The notes beneath the pieces were generated by a model. It saw only the letters and a program-made list of their open reading frames with translations. It was not told the DNA's origin and did no database searches. 64,000 bases of DNA from Octopus sinensis (taxonomy: Eukaryota): assembly GCF_006345805.1 (NCBI RefSeq), contig NC_043000.1, positions 37,076,001-37,140,000 on the forward strand, read 5' to 3'. The stretch's first letter is position 1; each line of letters opens with the position of its first letter. Shown here in pieces: positions 13,400-26,049 of the stretch. Position numbers and translations under genes: made by a program.

Positions 13400-13550
13400 T
13401 ATGCAGTAATTGCCTGTTCTACATAAATCGAATTCGCTCTGTGACCCAGTTTTGGTAAACTTCTGGAACCGTTCTACGTCAGCAATGTCCTTGGGAAAAA
13501 CAGAGCAAAACTGAAATGTCTGACCAACATATTCTATTGTTCTATGCATA
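13400..13550 (-). mobile_element. CR1-like RT fragment
   Basis: [29 protein letters not shown] resembles the CR1 motif LEYAS.VW.P..KKDI..LERVQRRATK. Confidence 0.4.
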
Positions 13551-13700
13551 TGATGTCTGTCAGATATAAACGTGTGTGTGAGTGCGTGCATATGTATACA
13601 TGTGTGTATATGTGTATGTGCGTATGCATGTATATGAGTGTGTATATATATATGTATATACGTATATGTATTTATATATATATATGTATGTATATATATG

Positions 13701-13737
<37 letters not shown>

Positions 13738-14081
13738 TATATATATATATATATATATCTTATATATATATAAATATATATATATATATGTATATATATA
13801 TGTCTGTGTATACACACACACACACACATCTATATATATATATATATATATTTATATGTGCATATATATATGTGTGTGTGTGCACTTGGTAATTGGCTTT
13901 CGATGTTACAACCAGGCAAGAACTCAATCGAAATAATATTGAATTAGCTTATTAAATGTTCGTTGAATCAACTTCGTCCTTTCTGCCATAACTGGTTCAT
14001 AGCATTAGATTGCCAAATGGTTTTAGGGATCAAGAGAGTGTTCACTGACGAGAGAAGGGAAGATGTGATGTCTGGTTGAGC

Positions 14082-14141
14082 ACAATACAAGGTCTTAGGG
14101 ATCTGAACTCGACAATACAAGGTCTTAGGGATCTGGACTCG
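14082..14141 (+). repeat. 30-bp tandem duplication
   Basis: ACAATACAAGGTCTTAGGGATCTG(A/G)ACTCG twice, one mismatch. Confidence 0.95.
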
Positions 14142-14842
14142 TCTAGTTTAACCAATTTCATGGAACACACCAATCACCAATCTCTGCGTACGAATGACAA
14201 CCCTGTCTGTTTGGTAATACCTAAACCAGTCGGGGAAGGATCGTGCTTCCCTCGTCACTTTGGGATAAAAGTTTGTACTTATTTACTGTAGTGAATCAGA
14301 ATATTTTAACTAATTAATCACCATTATAACTCTGGTGAGAAAAATTCATCATTAATCTAATAATTATTTCGTCTCATTATGGGGTTGCAATTTTAATCAA
14401 TTACAATTTCTTGGTTCACTGCTATATGTAGCTTAGCACCGACGACTTAACTATGTAGTTTTATTGCAGAGTGTATGTAACAGTATTTTTCTTTTAGTTC
14501 TTTCAGGAATTAATATTTGTGTGAGCGGTGTGCAGTCATTCGGCAAATAAATCTATTTTAAATAAAATGAATATATTGAAAAAGTTAAAAGGTTGCACAT
14601 GAATAAATTTATGTTAAAAAACAAAAAGAAATCCTTTGGGAACTTTATCGTAGACGAAAGAAAATATTTACATTTTTATGAAAATATGCTACCGGTTCCA
14701 ATCGTTTTAAAGACAATTTAGTCATTTAGTCCTGCTAGAAAAGAATATAAATACATACATGCATACACCCACACCACCCACCCACACACTCACCCACACA
14801 CACACACACACACACACATATTATATATATATATATATATAA

Positions 14843-15200
14843 GGGCGGCGAGCTGGCAGAAACGTTAGCGCGCCAGACGAAATGCTGAGCGGTATTTCGT
14901 CTGCCGCTACGTTCTGAGTTAAAATTCCGCCGAGGTCGACTTTACCTTTCATCCTTTCGGGTTCGCTAAATTAAGTACCAGTTACGCACTGGGGTCGATG
15001 TAATCGACTTAATACCTTGTTTGTTCCCTCTGTGTTTAGCCCCCTGTGGGTAATAAAGAAATAGGTATTTCGCCGTGGTCGACTTTGCCTTTCATCCTCT
15101 CGGAGTCGATTAAATAAGTACCAGTTACGCACTGGGGTCGACTTAATCCCTCTATGTTTCTCCCCTCTATATTTGGTTCCTTGTGGGCAATAAAGAAATA
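14843..15200 (+). mobile_element. tRNA-derived SINE family B (Nin/Deu-like central domain), full copy followed by a partial tandem copy from 15064
   Basis: GGCGGCGAGCTGGCAGAA A box, GAGTTAAAATTCC B-box-like, GCCGAGGTCGACTTT(A/G)CCTTTCATCCTTTCGG...AAGTACCAG core; core repeated at 15070-15200. Confidence 0.85.
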
Positions 15201-15304
15201 TATAGACATTCAAACGTGCGCCCCACCCATATATATATATATAGATATATATATATATATATATATAACGAACAAACAGAAAAGAAATAACTGGTATTAT
15301 ATAT

Positions 15305-15373
15305 TTTTATTACGATCGTTTCAGTGGTTGATAATCAATAATTAATGCATATTAAATGGATCATCAAATAAAA
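15305..15373 (-). ncRNA. Decayed hammerhead motif (C3 to U)
   Basis: TTTTAT-TTGATGA-38 nt-GAAA-CGATCG-TA/ATAAAA; 6-bp stem I, palindromic ACGATCGT stem III; stem II poorly paired. Confidence 0.4.
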
Positions 15374-15491
15374 TCAGATCAAATGTTGAAATAACTCCAC
15401 TGGAACCATCATATTAGTGCGTGGTGCGTGTGTTTAACGCAACTATAATTCGAGCTAACCTTCTAGAGTGATTTGTCTCGCATTTAGCGCA

Positions 15492-15546
<55 letters not shown>

Positions 15547-15647
15547 CTTAACTCATAAGAATCTAGACTTCTTAAGATTCTTGTCTGAGTAACAAGGATA
15601 GCAGGATAGAGTGTATCTATAATGAACTGAACAATGTGTACGCTATT

Positions 15648-15775
15648 ATCTCGATCTGGGAAATCCTTCCATGAAATAGTACAATAGTACAATAGTACTA
15701 TATAGACTGGTTGAATCTCGATCTGGGAAATCCTTCCATGAAATAGTACAATAGTACTATATAGACTGGTTGAAT
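15648..15775 (+). repeat. Tandem duplication (67-bp and 59-bp units)
   Basis: ATCTCGATCTGGGAAATCCTTCCATGAAATAGTAC...GACTGGTTGA twice; the first copy has an extra AATAGTAC. Confidence 0.93.
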
Positions 15776-15939
15776 GCTGTTTACTTTGAGACAAATACCC
15801 GAACACCACATAAAGTTTAATCCAATCCTCTTATAAGCGTATTGGTAGCATCTTTCACTACCGTCATTTCATTTACCACGTTTTCGTTTGTTTTAGTTCA
15901 AATACAGGAATTACAGCCTTGTTATTCCGTTCGAATACA

Positions 15940-16206
15940 TACATACATACTTATTTACATTTCACGGGTATTTGTCCTCATCTTGTTTGTTGTTAACACA
16001 ACGTTTTGGCTGATGTACCCTCCAGCCTTCATCAGGTGTCTTGGGAAAATTTCGAACCTGAGTTCTCATTCCTAAGGTATTTTTCGATGTTATTATTATT
16101 ATTATTATTATTATCATTATCATCATTATTCAGGTCACTGCCTGGAATCGAACTCGGAATCTTGGGTTAGTAGTCTGCGATCTTAACCACTACGCCATAT
16201 GGGCAT
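15940..16206 (-). mobile_element. tRNA-headed SINE-like element with (TAA)n linker and hammerhead-bearing tail
   Basis: A box TGGCGTAGTGG (16187-16197), B box GAGTTCGATTCC (16144-16155), (TAA)n about 16090-16130, hammerhead 15996-16039: ACAC-CTGATGA-A-GGCTG[10]CAGCC-AAAA-CGT-T/GTGT. Confidence 0.75.
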
Positions 16207-16898
16207 ATATATATATATAAAATGTGCGAGCAGGGGTATTAAAGGAAGATCTGGAAAACTCACATCAGTTCTCGGAGTTTCTCGCCAAGCCACGAGCGTG
16301 AGGTTGTTCGATTTTCAATTGGTAATCCACACGCACGTGCTAACTTTTCGGATAACCTCACAGTCATTCATGGGTGGCAGGGAAACTCCGAGTACGGATG
16401 TGGATGTTCCATGCTTATATAATATATTCCTCCATTTCAATGTTATCGATGTCTACCTCTTTTGTTATTACTGTTATTACACAAGTGGTCAATTATTATT
16501 ATGCGTGCGTGTGTGTGTGTGTGTGTGCGTGCGTGTGTGTGTGTACTAAGATTTTCGTCGTGACATGGGCTTTTAAGTATAGAGATTATTTAGTGTACAT
16601 TTTTACATGGGATTAAGTGCGTTAATGTTGAACTACAAGTCGAGGAGTAAATGGGGGAAGTGTTGAATCATTGACAGGCGGGGGGATTACTTGCTGATTG
16701 AAAACTAGTAGTTGTTTAGCCCCAGGCCAGCCATAACTGAGTAGACAGATGATGAAAGCCTTTTAGCCGTGATCAGCGGTTTTTATTTCCAAATGGCAGA
16801 TCAGATTCTCTTATGTACATTCGCTTCTCAATGCGGCGACTGTCCGACTTCTTATCTGTCTGTCTATCTGCCTATCTATCTATCTATCTATCTATCTA

Positions 16899-16931
<33 letters not shown>

Positions 16932-16945
16932 GTGCGCGCGCACGC

Positions 16946-17205
16946 GAGGCGCGTGGCTTAGCGGTTAGGGTGTCAGCACCATGATCGTAATATTGTGATT
17001 TCGATTCCTGGGCCGGGCGACACGTTGCGTTCTTGAGCAAAACACTTCATTTTTACGTTGCTCCAGTCCACTCAGCTGGCAAAAATAAGTAAGCCTGCGA
17101 CAGACCGGCGTCCCGTCCAGGTGGAGGATTTATACGCCATTGAAACCGGGAGGCCGTCCCTCATGAGCTTGGCATGGCTCGAGAAGGAAACATTTATTTA
17201 TTATT
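16946..17205 (+). mobile_element. tRNA-derived SINE with V-domain-like core
   Basis: GGCGCGTGGCTTAGCGGTTAGG head, TTCGATTCC B box, CCTGCGACAGACCGGCGTCCCGTCCAGG resembles the V-SINE central domain, (TTTA)n tail. Confidence 0.75.
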
Positions 17206-17342
17206 ATACAAGCACACACACACACACACACATATGTAATAAAAAACACGAAGAAATAACACAAGAAGAAGAAAAAAACAACAACGCGAGGACGTAGTAC
17301 AAGCAAAGTATTAACAGACGCTCAGAGAAGGAAAGAAAAGTG

Positions 17343-17377
17343 GTTTTACGTTTCGAGTAAAGCTCTTCTTCAGAAAC
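17343..17377 (-). ncRNA. Canonical minimal type-I hammerhead ribozyme inside a ~200-bp Penelope-pLTR-like element (about 17236-17432)
   Basis: GTTT-CTGAAGA-A-GAG[cttta]CTC-GAAA-CGT-A/AAAC: all core nucleotides, stem I GUUU:AAAC, stem II GAG:CUC, palindromic ACGU stem III, GUA site between 17347 and 17346. Confidence 0.8.
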
Positions 17378-17920
17378 AGGAGACAGAGGAAAGTCCAAAG
17401 GAAAAGGAAGACGGAGGCAAAAAAAATCACCATATATATTTGTGTGTGTGTATGCATACGTGCGCGTGATACACCTCACCGTATTCTGTAGAATTAAGGT
17501 AAGCTTTGCCATACCTAACTTTGATATAATACAAGCCCATAAACACATGTTCATGTACATGTCCACACAGGAGTTTAAAATTTACCTTTCCCTACATTCC
17601 AACCTCACCTTACACGTAAACACCTTGTATACCGAGGTAACTTTTTTAGTTCCTTTCCATGAGATAACTCAAATGCTTGTGTTTCACCAACAAAAACTCA
17701 CAAACCAGATGTGACAAAATGCCTTCACCACGCTATTCCTTGCGGCCATTTCTGATGATTGCCACAGTTGGTTCTTAATTTCTGGTGTGAAACCGATTGG
17801 CAATTTGGCTTTTATGAGACTATAAATATTGTATTTCATTATTCATAACTATTATATATATAATACTCTCGCACACGTAATAATATACTGTGTGTGTGTG
17901 TGTGTGTGTGGTGTGTGTGT

Positions 17921-17962
<42 letters not shown>

Positions 17963-18274
17963 GTGAAAGGACGGAAAGAGAGAGCAACGAATCATTAATT
18001 TGTCTTTACATAGTATTCTCTTGTAATCTCTGTTATAAAAGCATATAAACCGCAACAGTTGGTGCCTGCCCTTGTTCCATGTGTAGAAAGTATGTAATTT
18101 AATTAGCTGGCTCTTCTTGCCAGCTGACACCTCTCCAAATGTTAACATTCATCAGTAAGTGACGTCAAAATATATAAACTATTAACTAACCAATAACACA
18201 ATTTCCACTGATGAATTAGCGGTTTATTTCTATTAATTTTTTATTCCAATAATGTGTACATTTACATACTAATG

Positions 18275-18313
<39 letters not shown>

Positions 18314-20066
18314 ATACAAGATACACGATACAAAAAAAAAAACACCACCTTCTCTCTCTCTCCTTTTCTTCACCTATTGATTTCTATCGTTGGCAGAAAG
18401 TCACATATTTAGAAAGGAGGACGGGTTTAGTCAATCTAATGGACATCAGTACTTTAGTTTATCAAAAGCGACAGGATAAATGTCAAAGTCAACCATGGGG
18501 GGATTTATACTTAGAATTTAAAGGGATGTAACTAAATACCTAAAGGAATTTTGTTGGATGCTCTACCGATTCTATCAACCCACTGTTTTACTCTCATAAG
18601 TGTGGTTTTCTTTTTCCTACTGCAGTTTACAAAAAGATGAGAGGTGTGTAGTTAATTAAATGAAATTCAGTATATCACTGGAACTTAGTTTTTTTGCGAT
18701 CTTGTGTGGTAGTAGTGAAACGTCAAGTCTGCCACGGTTAAATCTAAAGCCAGAATAAAGATGAAGAACACAAAATTCTAAATACAGTGAAGCATTTAGC
18801 CTGGTGCTAACCTAGTGTGTATCTTGGCCAAATATTTCAACGAACTGATCATAACGAACCGTATTAAAGTTTTCTTTCCTTGCTTACTATTTTTAGCATA
18901 CTGAAAGGGAGTTTTTGCTCGCTAATTGCTCAGATAATCTGAGCTGATCGAAGTTTTTCAAGTCAGAGGGCAACTCAATCCAGTTCCAGATTTATCAAAG
19001 TGCAACTGAACCACAACCCAACAAAATGCATTAAAAGAGATAATTTTTCCTGTAGCCCTAATTATAAGTAATTAACTTGATTATATTGCTTACTGCTAAT
19101 CACTTTTTAATTAAAGAATTTAAACAGGTCATACTTAACGTAAGTCTGTAACAAATATATTTAACCTTCGGTATTTGTAATGTCTAATGGCATTAAAACA
19201 AAAGAAGAGCAGAGTGAGAAACGTTGTTGTGCCGTTGATTTTGAATCTGATCCTAGTGAAACCCAAAAGTGTGTATTTACGAAATAGAACAATCGCTTAA
19301 GTTATTTTCCTTCAACCCTGTTGTTGATGATCGCAACCAGTTTTACTGCTTGACTCCATCACATATTTGGTTATTCTCAGTTGTGTCACATGAACAGCGT
19401 GTTTGACAGAGGAGTTTTGTTAAGACCGAAATTATGCTCGTTACTTCCACCAGCTGGTTTAAAGATCGGATCCACTCCAATCTGCATTGTCTGAGTGCTT
19501 TTTAAAGTGGGTCGTGGAAAATTTTATATAGATCCTTGATGACAGAAGGGAATTGGGGTTGTGGAGCGATAGATAGACATGTACAGTGTTTGGGGTTTTT
19601 TTCCCTTTTAGTCTTTGTGTTTTATTTAAATATCAGCTTTAAAAGAATACTAAGCAATATTCTGATAAACTGTTTGTTAGCCACAATGGCATCGACAATA
19701 AAATAGACTAAAAAAAATGTGAATGAGTATATAAGCAGTTAGATGAAAAGTAAGTATGCAATGACAGATGGAGAGAAAGAGGTTTTGGTGGATACATAGC
19801 CATTGATAAGGTCACTGTGGCGAAATGATTTTGCGAGACGAATTGATTAGCCGATTGATCAAGTGATTAATTATCTAACTGGCTGTTGATAAAATGAAGA
19901 GAAACATAATCAATGCGTGTGTTTTATTAGCAGTATGACCCTATCAAAATGAAATAAGTAAATAAATAAATTCGAACATATAACACTTATACCTATATGG
20001 TATTCGTTTATAGTAGAGTGGTGCTATGGTAAGTCGTCATCTGCGTCAAACTAGCACCCAGAACTA

Positions 20067-21322
20067 TCAGGTCATTAAGAATAAAATGTCCGATTTTCTT
20101 ATACACCGAGTTAGACAGTCGTTAGCTCTAATGTTTCATCTTAACAATTCGTTTGTTTTACAACATTGAAGAGTTGCCTCATCCCTTTTCGAAATCCAAT
20201 TCATGGTATTCGATTATATTGTGAGTTTTCTCTTGTAAATCAATTTTTGTGAACCCATGGATAGATAAAAAAATCGTGTTGTTTATGAATACGAATTCCG
20301 TCGTGGAACCAATGCATCTCAGACAGGTCGAAACATCAATAAGGTGTTTGGTGAAGATGTGGCGAATGAGCGCATTGTACGTCGATGATTTGAGAAGTTC
20401 CGCTCTGGTGACTTTACTCTTGAAAATCAGCCTCTGAGACCAAGGTGGATAATCATGAGCTGGAAACTGTAGTGGAAGCGGATACATCTGAAAGTACGCT
20501 TTGAAGTTTCGATTTCAACTGTACTGGACTATCTGAAACAAATAGGCAAGGTAAAGAAGCTGGACAAGTGGGCACCACACGAACTGAACAAGCATCAAAT
20601 GACTCGTCGTCTTGAAATTTCATGTACTTTGCTGTCACGGCATAAAAGCGAGCCATTTTTGCATCGTATTGTTACGTGTGATGAAAAGTGGATTCTTTTC
20701 AACAATGGCAAGTGTTCTACATGGTAGTTGGATTGAGACGAAGTGCCAAAACACAATCCAAAAAAGAATATTCACCCAAAAAAGCTAATGGTGTCTGTTT
20801 GGTGGTCCAGCGCTGGTGTCATCCACTACAGCTTCACGAGACCTGGTAAATGAATTACAGCGGATGTATACATGAACCAATTTAGGTGAAATGATGAGTG
20901 AACATGCAATTAATCAACCGAGATTGGTCAATAGAAACAAGCCAATTCTCTTGCAAGACAATGCTCGACCACATGTTACACAAAGAATGCTACTCAAGTT
21001 ACAGGAACTGAACTTGGAAGTACACTGTCATCCACCACATTCACCAGACCTTAACCCAACTGACTATCACGTTTTCCAGGCATTAGACAACTTTTTGCAA
21101 GGAAAACACTTCAAATCTGAAGATCTAAAAACAGCCTTTCGTGATTTCATCACCTCTTGCTCTCCAGAATTCTTCGCTGCCGGCATAAATAAGCTAGCGA
21201 TAAAATGGAAAAATTATGTTAATAATTTAGGTGCATCCTTTGATCAACTGCATTGCTTTTTGTTGAGATAAAGTAAAATAAATTTTTGTTCAAAATCGGA
21301 CATTTCATTCTCAATGATCTGA
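20067..21322 (+). mobile_element. Near full-length mariner (D,D34D) DNA transposon, 1256 bp
   Basis: 31-bp TIRs TCAGGTCATTAAGAATAAAATGTCCGATTTT (20067-20097) and AAAATCGGACATTTCATTCTCAATGATCTGA (21292-21322), 3 mismatches; TA on both sides. Confidence 0.95.
20257..21271 (+). pseudogene. Inactivated mariner transposase
   Basis: KWAPHEL, RIVTCDEKW, LMVSVWW, LLQDNARPH and HPPHSPDLNPTDY motifs; 34 residues between the second and third Asp; several stops and frameshifts. Confidence 0.95.
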
Positions 21323-22242
21323 TAGGTTGCTCTAGCCCCGATATGACGAGTATGTACATTAACAATGTTTGGAGGTGAGACGCTGGTTGGTAGCAAGTGG
21401 GGGTTCAAGAAGTGTCGGTAAAAGAAATGGGATCAAAAGTTTAAAAACTTTGAAGAGCACTGAAAATGCCAACCAAACAATTTTATTAGGATCAGCTTCT
21501 TTATTGATCTTTTAAGCAATTCAAGAGGGAATTTTCGTTGAGTAACAGCTTGGATAATCTCAGAGTTGAAAGAATTTTTCCAAATCACTATATTACATAC
21601 ATGATACCCTGTCGGATTTACACATACTATATAAGGCCTCGCATGAGATAATATCCCAGTCATACGGCACTCAAGGTCTTTGTAACGTAAGTAACATGAA
21701 TTAGCTCCAAGTCAATTTTCATCAACCAGCTCTATGAACAAATGTATTCCAGGGTAACCATCTGGTCCTTCTTTTCTTTTTCGAAATAAGGTGTATGGAC
21801 AACTATACTGTCCAATAGAGCTTAAAGCAATACAAAATATGGCTAAATGGTTAAGTTTGCTTTCCAGTCACCAGGTCCCAGGTTTGATCGCACTGTATGC
21901 ATGATCGTTTGTGCAATTATCGTATAGCATTGCTACGGATGACCCACAGAAGCCCTCTGAGTTAAATTGGGCAGATGGAAAGAATGTACATGTAATTCTA
22001 AGATTCGACCTTGTTTCACAGTATTATGGTAATTTTACTTGAGGATTACGTTAATGGTGCACTTGCGTGTGGAATACTCAACCACTTACACGCTGATTTA
22101 ATGAGCAGGTAATTCAGTGGATTAAACAACAAAATCGTTACCTTGAAAATCGACAAGCATTCATTTTTATCCACACACACACGTATGTCTGTATATACGT
22201 ATGGATGTATGAATAAATGAATGTAAGTCTCTATCGATTTTT

Positions 22243-22286
<44 letters not shown>

Positions 22287-22329
22287 GTCTGTCTTTCTCT
22301 CTGTCTATACACACACACACACATACATA

Positions 22330-22600
22330 CGAGGTGCGGTGAATAAACTGTCGTCTAAATTACGCAAAAAAAAGAAAAGAAGACTGACATCTCATTCTAA
22401 TAGATATATTTGCCAAAATTGCATAAAAATATCTTAAAATACTAAAGAGTAAATTCATTCAATAAAATCACCATCGGCTTCAACCACTGCTTCCAGACGA
22501 TTTCGGAATCTTTTGCAATTGTTCTGTACGGTCTCCTTGTTTAAGTTGGTGAATGCTGCCATGATCCTTGCTTTCAGCTCATCTTTGGTGTTACAGAAAG
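22330..22600 (-). mobile_element. Tc1/mariner transposase C-terminus plus one TIR
   Basis: Minus strand reads CNTKDELKARIMAAFTNLNKETVQNNCKRFRNRLEAVVEADGDFIE*; terminus TA|CGAGGTGCGGTGAATAAA. Confidence 0.75.
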
Positions 22601-22683
22601 TTTTGTTGCTTCAAAATATATTATATTTAACCAGGTTATCTTGGATAAAACCATACCTATAAGAGGTTTAAATATTCTCATAG

Positions 22684-22722
<39 letters not shown>

Positions 22723-22995
22723 TATGTATATGTATATATATGCATATATATATGTAAACAAGAGAGACAGAGACAGGCAGAAACAAGGAAAATACACCTT
22801 GTATTTGAATACTATGCAAATATTCTTTTAAAAAACTTTTCATTTAATTTTTCCAAAATTTGTTTTCCATACTTACATTGAGACTTGAAAGAGTCTCAAT
22901 GACCGAAGCCGGTATTGAAATGTTTTTTATAAAATTATTTTAGCATTTTCTACCTTTACCTTTTTCCCCATATGTATGTATGTATGTATGTATAT

Positions 22996-23042
<47 letters not shown>

Positions 23043-23203
23043 ATAGCAATCTCGAGTATAACCAGCCGAAATTGCAAAGATAATCTAGAACTCGACTGAG
23101 GAAAGAAAACTCCGAATGACCCATCCTTGTTTTTTCTTGTCCCTTTTTCGTATCATCTGTCTGGATGTTTTGCGTTCTTGTCCCATTTTTTGCATTCCTT
23201 TAT

Positions 23204-23235
<32 letters not shown>

Positions 23236-23505
23236 CCCCACACTATGTTGGTAACTTCAGCTAGATAATTATGCAACGTATCCTCCATTACACGGAGAAC
23301 AGAATTTTATTCGAGGGAGATTTGATTGCTACTCGCACCAATACAGCTGGTCACATAAAAGTTTACTTGCTTGGTGCAGCCGTAAATCGAAGCTGCCTCT
23401 TAGACTTGGCTTGTTGAAGGAATCCCATCGCAGCAAAGGTGGGTCCACACACACCCATACGTGTCTGTTTCTGTGTAAGAGAAAGAGAAGGAAAGAGAGA
23501 GAGGG

Positions 23506-23542
<37 letters not shown>

Positions 23543-25678
23543 TTGATGGCTGACCTAGGAATTGAACAATGAATGCATATTTCCAGTTAAAGTTCCGGGT
23601 ACGGACATTAAGAGAATGCGAAAGGGAATAGACATATCAGAATCCGGTTTTTATCTTCTTTCCTATTCTCTTTATAGATTAAGCTGAAGCTTTGTTTCAA
23701 AGTGTGTGTGTCTGTGCTTGCACACATATATGTATACATATATAATATATATATGTGTGCACATTATCTGTGTATATGTATGTAAAATGTAAATATGTGT
23801 ACGCGTGCAAAAACTGTCTTTGTATGTATACACACATATGCACATATATGTGAGTGTGTATGTACCTGCATGTTTATATGCGGCTATATGTGGACATACA
23901 CACACACACACGCACATATTTGATTGACGAATATATAGCAAGCCCGTGCATGTTATTTCAAACCGAGATCATTGGTTTAAAGAGCTCTGAACACTTGTGA
24001 TGCAGGAGAAGAGCTGAGAGGGAAAGGGAGGAAAAAGACAGGGTGTCAGAGTGCATCAGATGCAATAAGATATATATATATATAGGGAGAGAGAGAGAGA
24101 GAGAAAGAGAGAGTGGGGGGTGCAGGAGAAAGAAAGTGATATATGTCTTTCAACTTGTCGTCAACATTCTGTCCAGACACGGACAGAAGCCTGCATATAT
24201 TATTTTCAGGGTATCGTTCCTAAAACCAAAGGGATTGAAGCCTGAACATATCCCAACCCATTTTTTCCCCGACAACCTGCGACTCGGCAACTATTCAATT
24301 ATTTTCTAGTCGGTGGGATTTGATTTCAAGGAGCTTTAGCTACTATTTCTGGCAGTACAAAGGAGGACACAAAGATTCCTTCATTGGCGTGAATCTTAAT
24401 ATGCTGCTATTGTAGCTATTTAGCCTCAGGTGAACCCTGATCGAAAAGAACTACGATCAAAGACATTCTAGCCGTAACCATCCCGCCCTCTTTTCCTATA
24501 TTCAAGACCACAATGATCAGAGCATCTCTTTCTGTAGAGTATGATTTGTAGGAGATTTAGCTGCGGTTTCTGGTAGGTCAAAAAGCAGTTAATGGTTGTT
24601 TATTACACAAACATACACACACACACACAAACAGACAAACACACACATACACAAACCAAAACAGATCTAAGAAAAATAACTGAGTGTCCAGTGCCAATGG
24701 ACAACAAAGACGGATAAAATTATACTAAACACCTTGAATTCTTAATCTATTGAAGTTATTTTCACTTCCAAAGAAGGTAAACAAACGCTTAGTGTCAACT
24801 GCAACCGACTTCGAATGAGAAGAAGATATATTCTCGAGGATCAAGGATTTTCCAGAATTGATATTCCATTAAGGAAAAAGAAAGATTTTTGTGTTTTTTA
24901 TTTTTTAAAATGTTTTTTAAATGTTTTTTTGAAGAGTATAGATTTGAACACATCTTTCTTGTTTCCGACCAAACAGGCTCCATCAGTACAGAAAGTAACA
25001 TTCGACTCTTTTGCTATAATATTTCGGCCTGACTCAAGCCAAAACAATATCGCAAAACGTCAAATATTACTTTTAATATTCCCCTTGACTCGGCGCTCTT
25101 CATTTTTGTACAACGACCTGATTAAGAATTATAGTCATATATGTTTTGAATTCATCTAGTCTCATCATTTGGTCTCGATTAGAGTTAGGGAGAACTTTCA
25201 TTGATTAAATTTGGATGGTTTTGAATCTATCCATGCATATAGAACTTTGCAGTCAGGTGTGTATGTTTGGACATGTCATCTTCAAGCTATACGTGTTCAC
25301 AAAAGAATGTAGTCAGGCCTTTGGTAAACAGATGCCACTCAGTTTAGTTGTTGTTGGTTTTGCTTGGACATTAACGGGATGTTTAACTTTTCATTTAAGA
25401 GGGTTCCGTACAGTATTTAAACCTTTGTAATTAGGTGTGTTTAGTACCGTTTAATGGGTTTTTAAAGGTTCACAAAAGAATGTAGGTTTTAGTTTGTTGG
25501 CTTGGTGGTATTATCTAAGATTTTTCACCTGTTTGTATTGGGAGGATGTTAGTTATCACTTAAGAATGTCATAGTGCTATCAGAATGGAAAAATTGTATG
25601 CATGTATAAAAATATGCATGTGTGTGTGTGCATGTATGTATGTATGTATGTATGTATGTATGTATGTATGTGTGTGTG

Positions 25679-25741
<63 letters not shown>

Positions 25742-25848
25742 CATTACAAAGAAAAGGTTAACAACAACTCCGATGTCTCGGCTTGCTGGCTATCGTGAGA
25801 CAGTCACCCTTTTCTTTGTAAAACTTTGATATGTACTCTGTTAAACTG

Positions 25849-25897
<49 letters not shown>

Positions 25898-25975
25898 GCA
25901 CACATATATATATACATAAAACTTGACATAAAGCAAACATACACACACATATATAACATTTTAAACAAGAATATT

Positions 25976-26049
25976 ATTGATAGTGACTTCAAGGTTTCGG
26001 TCAGTCCGACGGTAGCTTAATTGGCCGAAACTTCGAAGTCACTATCAAT
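25976..26049. repeat. Hairpin with 28-bp arms, same arm motif as 10439-10519
   Basis: Arms 25976-26003 and 26022-26049, 3 mismatches, 18-nt loop; right arm carries CCGAAACTTCGAAGTCACTA, left arm the same with 2 changes. Confidence 0.85.

Noticed and set aside
16130-16206. Possible tRNA gene (likewise other A/B-box heads)
   Set aside because: No complete cloverleaf or acceptor stem; these are SINE heads
15996-17377. Heterodimer between the two same-strand ACGU hammerheads
   Set aside because: Cross stem I (GUUU with GUGU, ACAC with AAAC) is not complementary and the 15996 copy lacks G12
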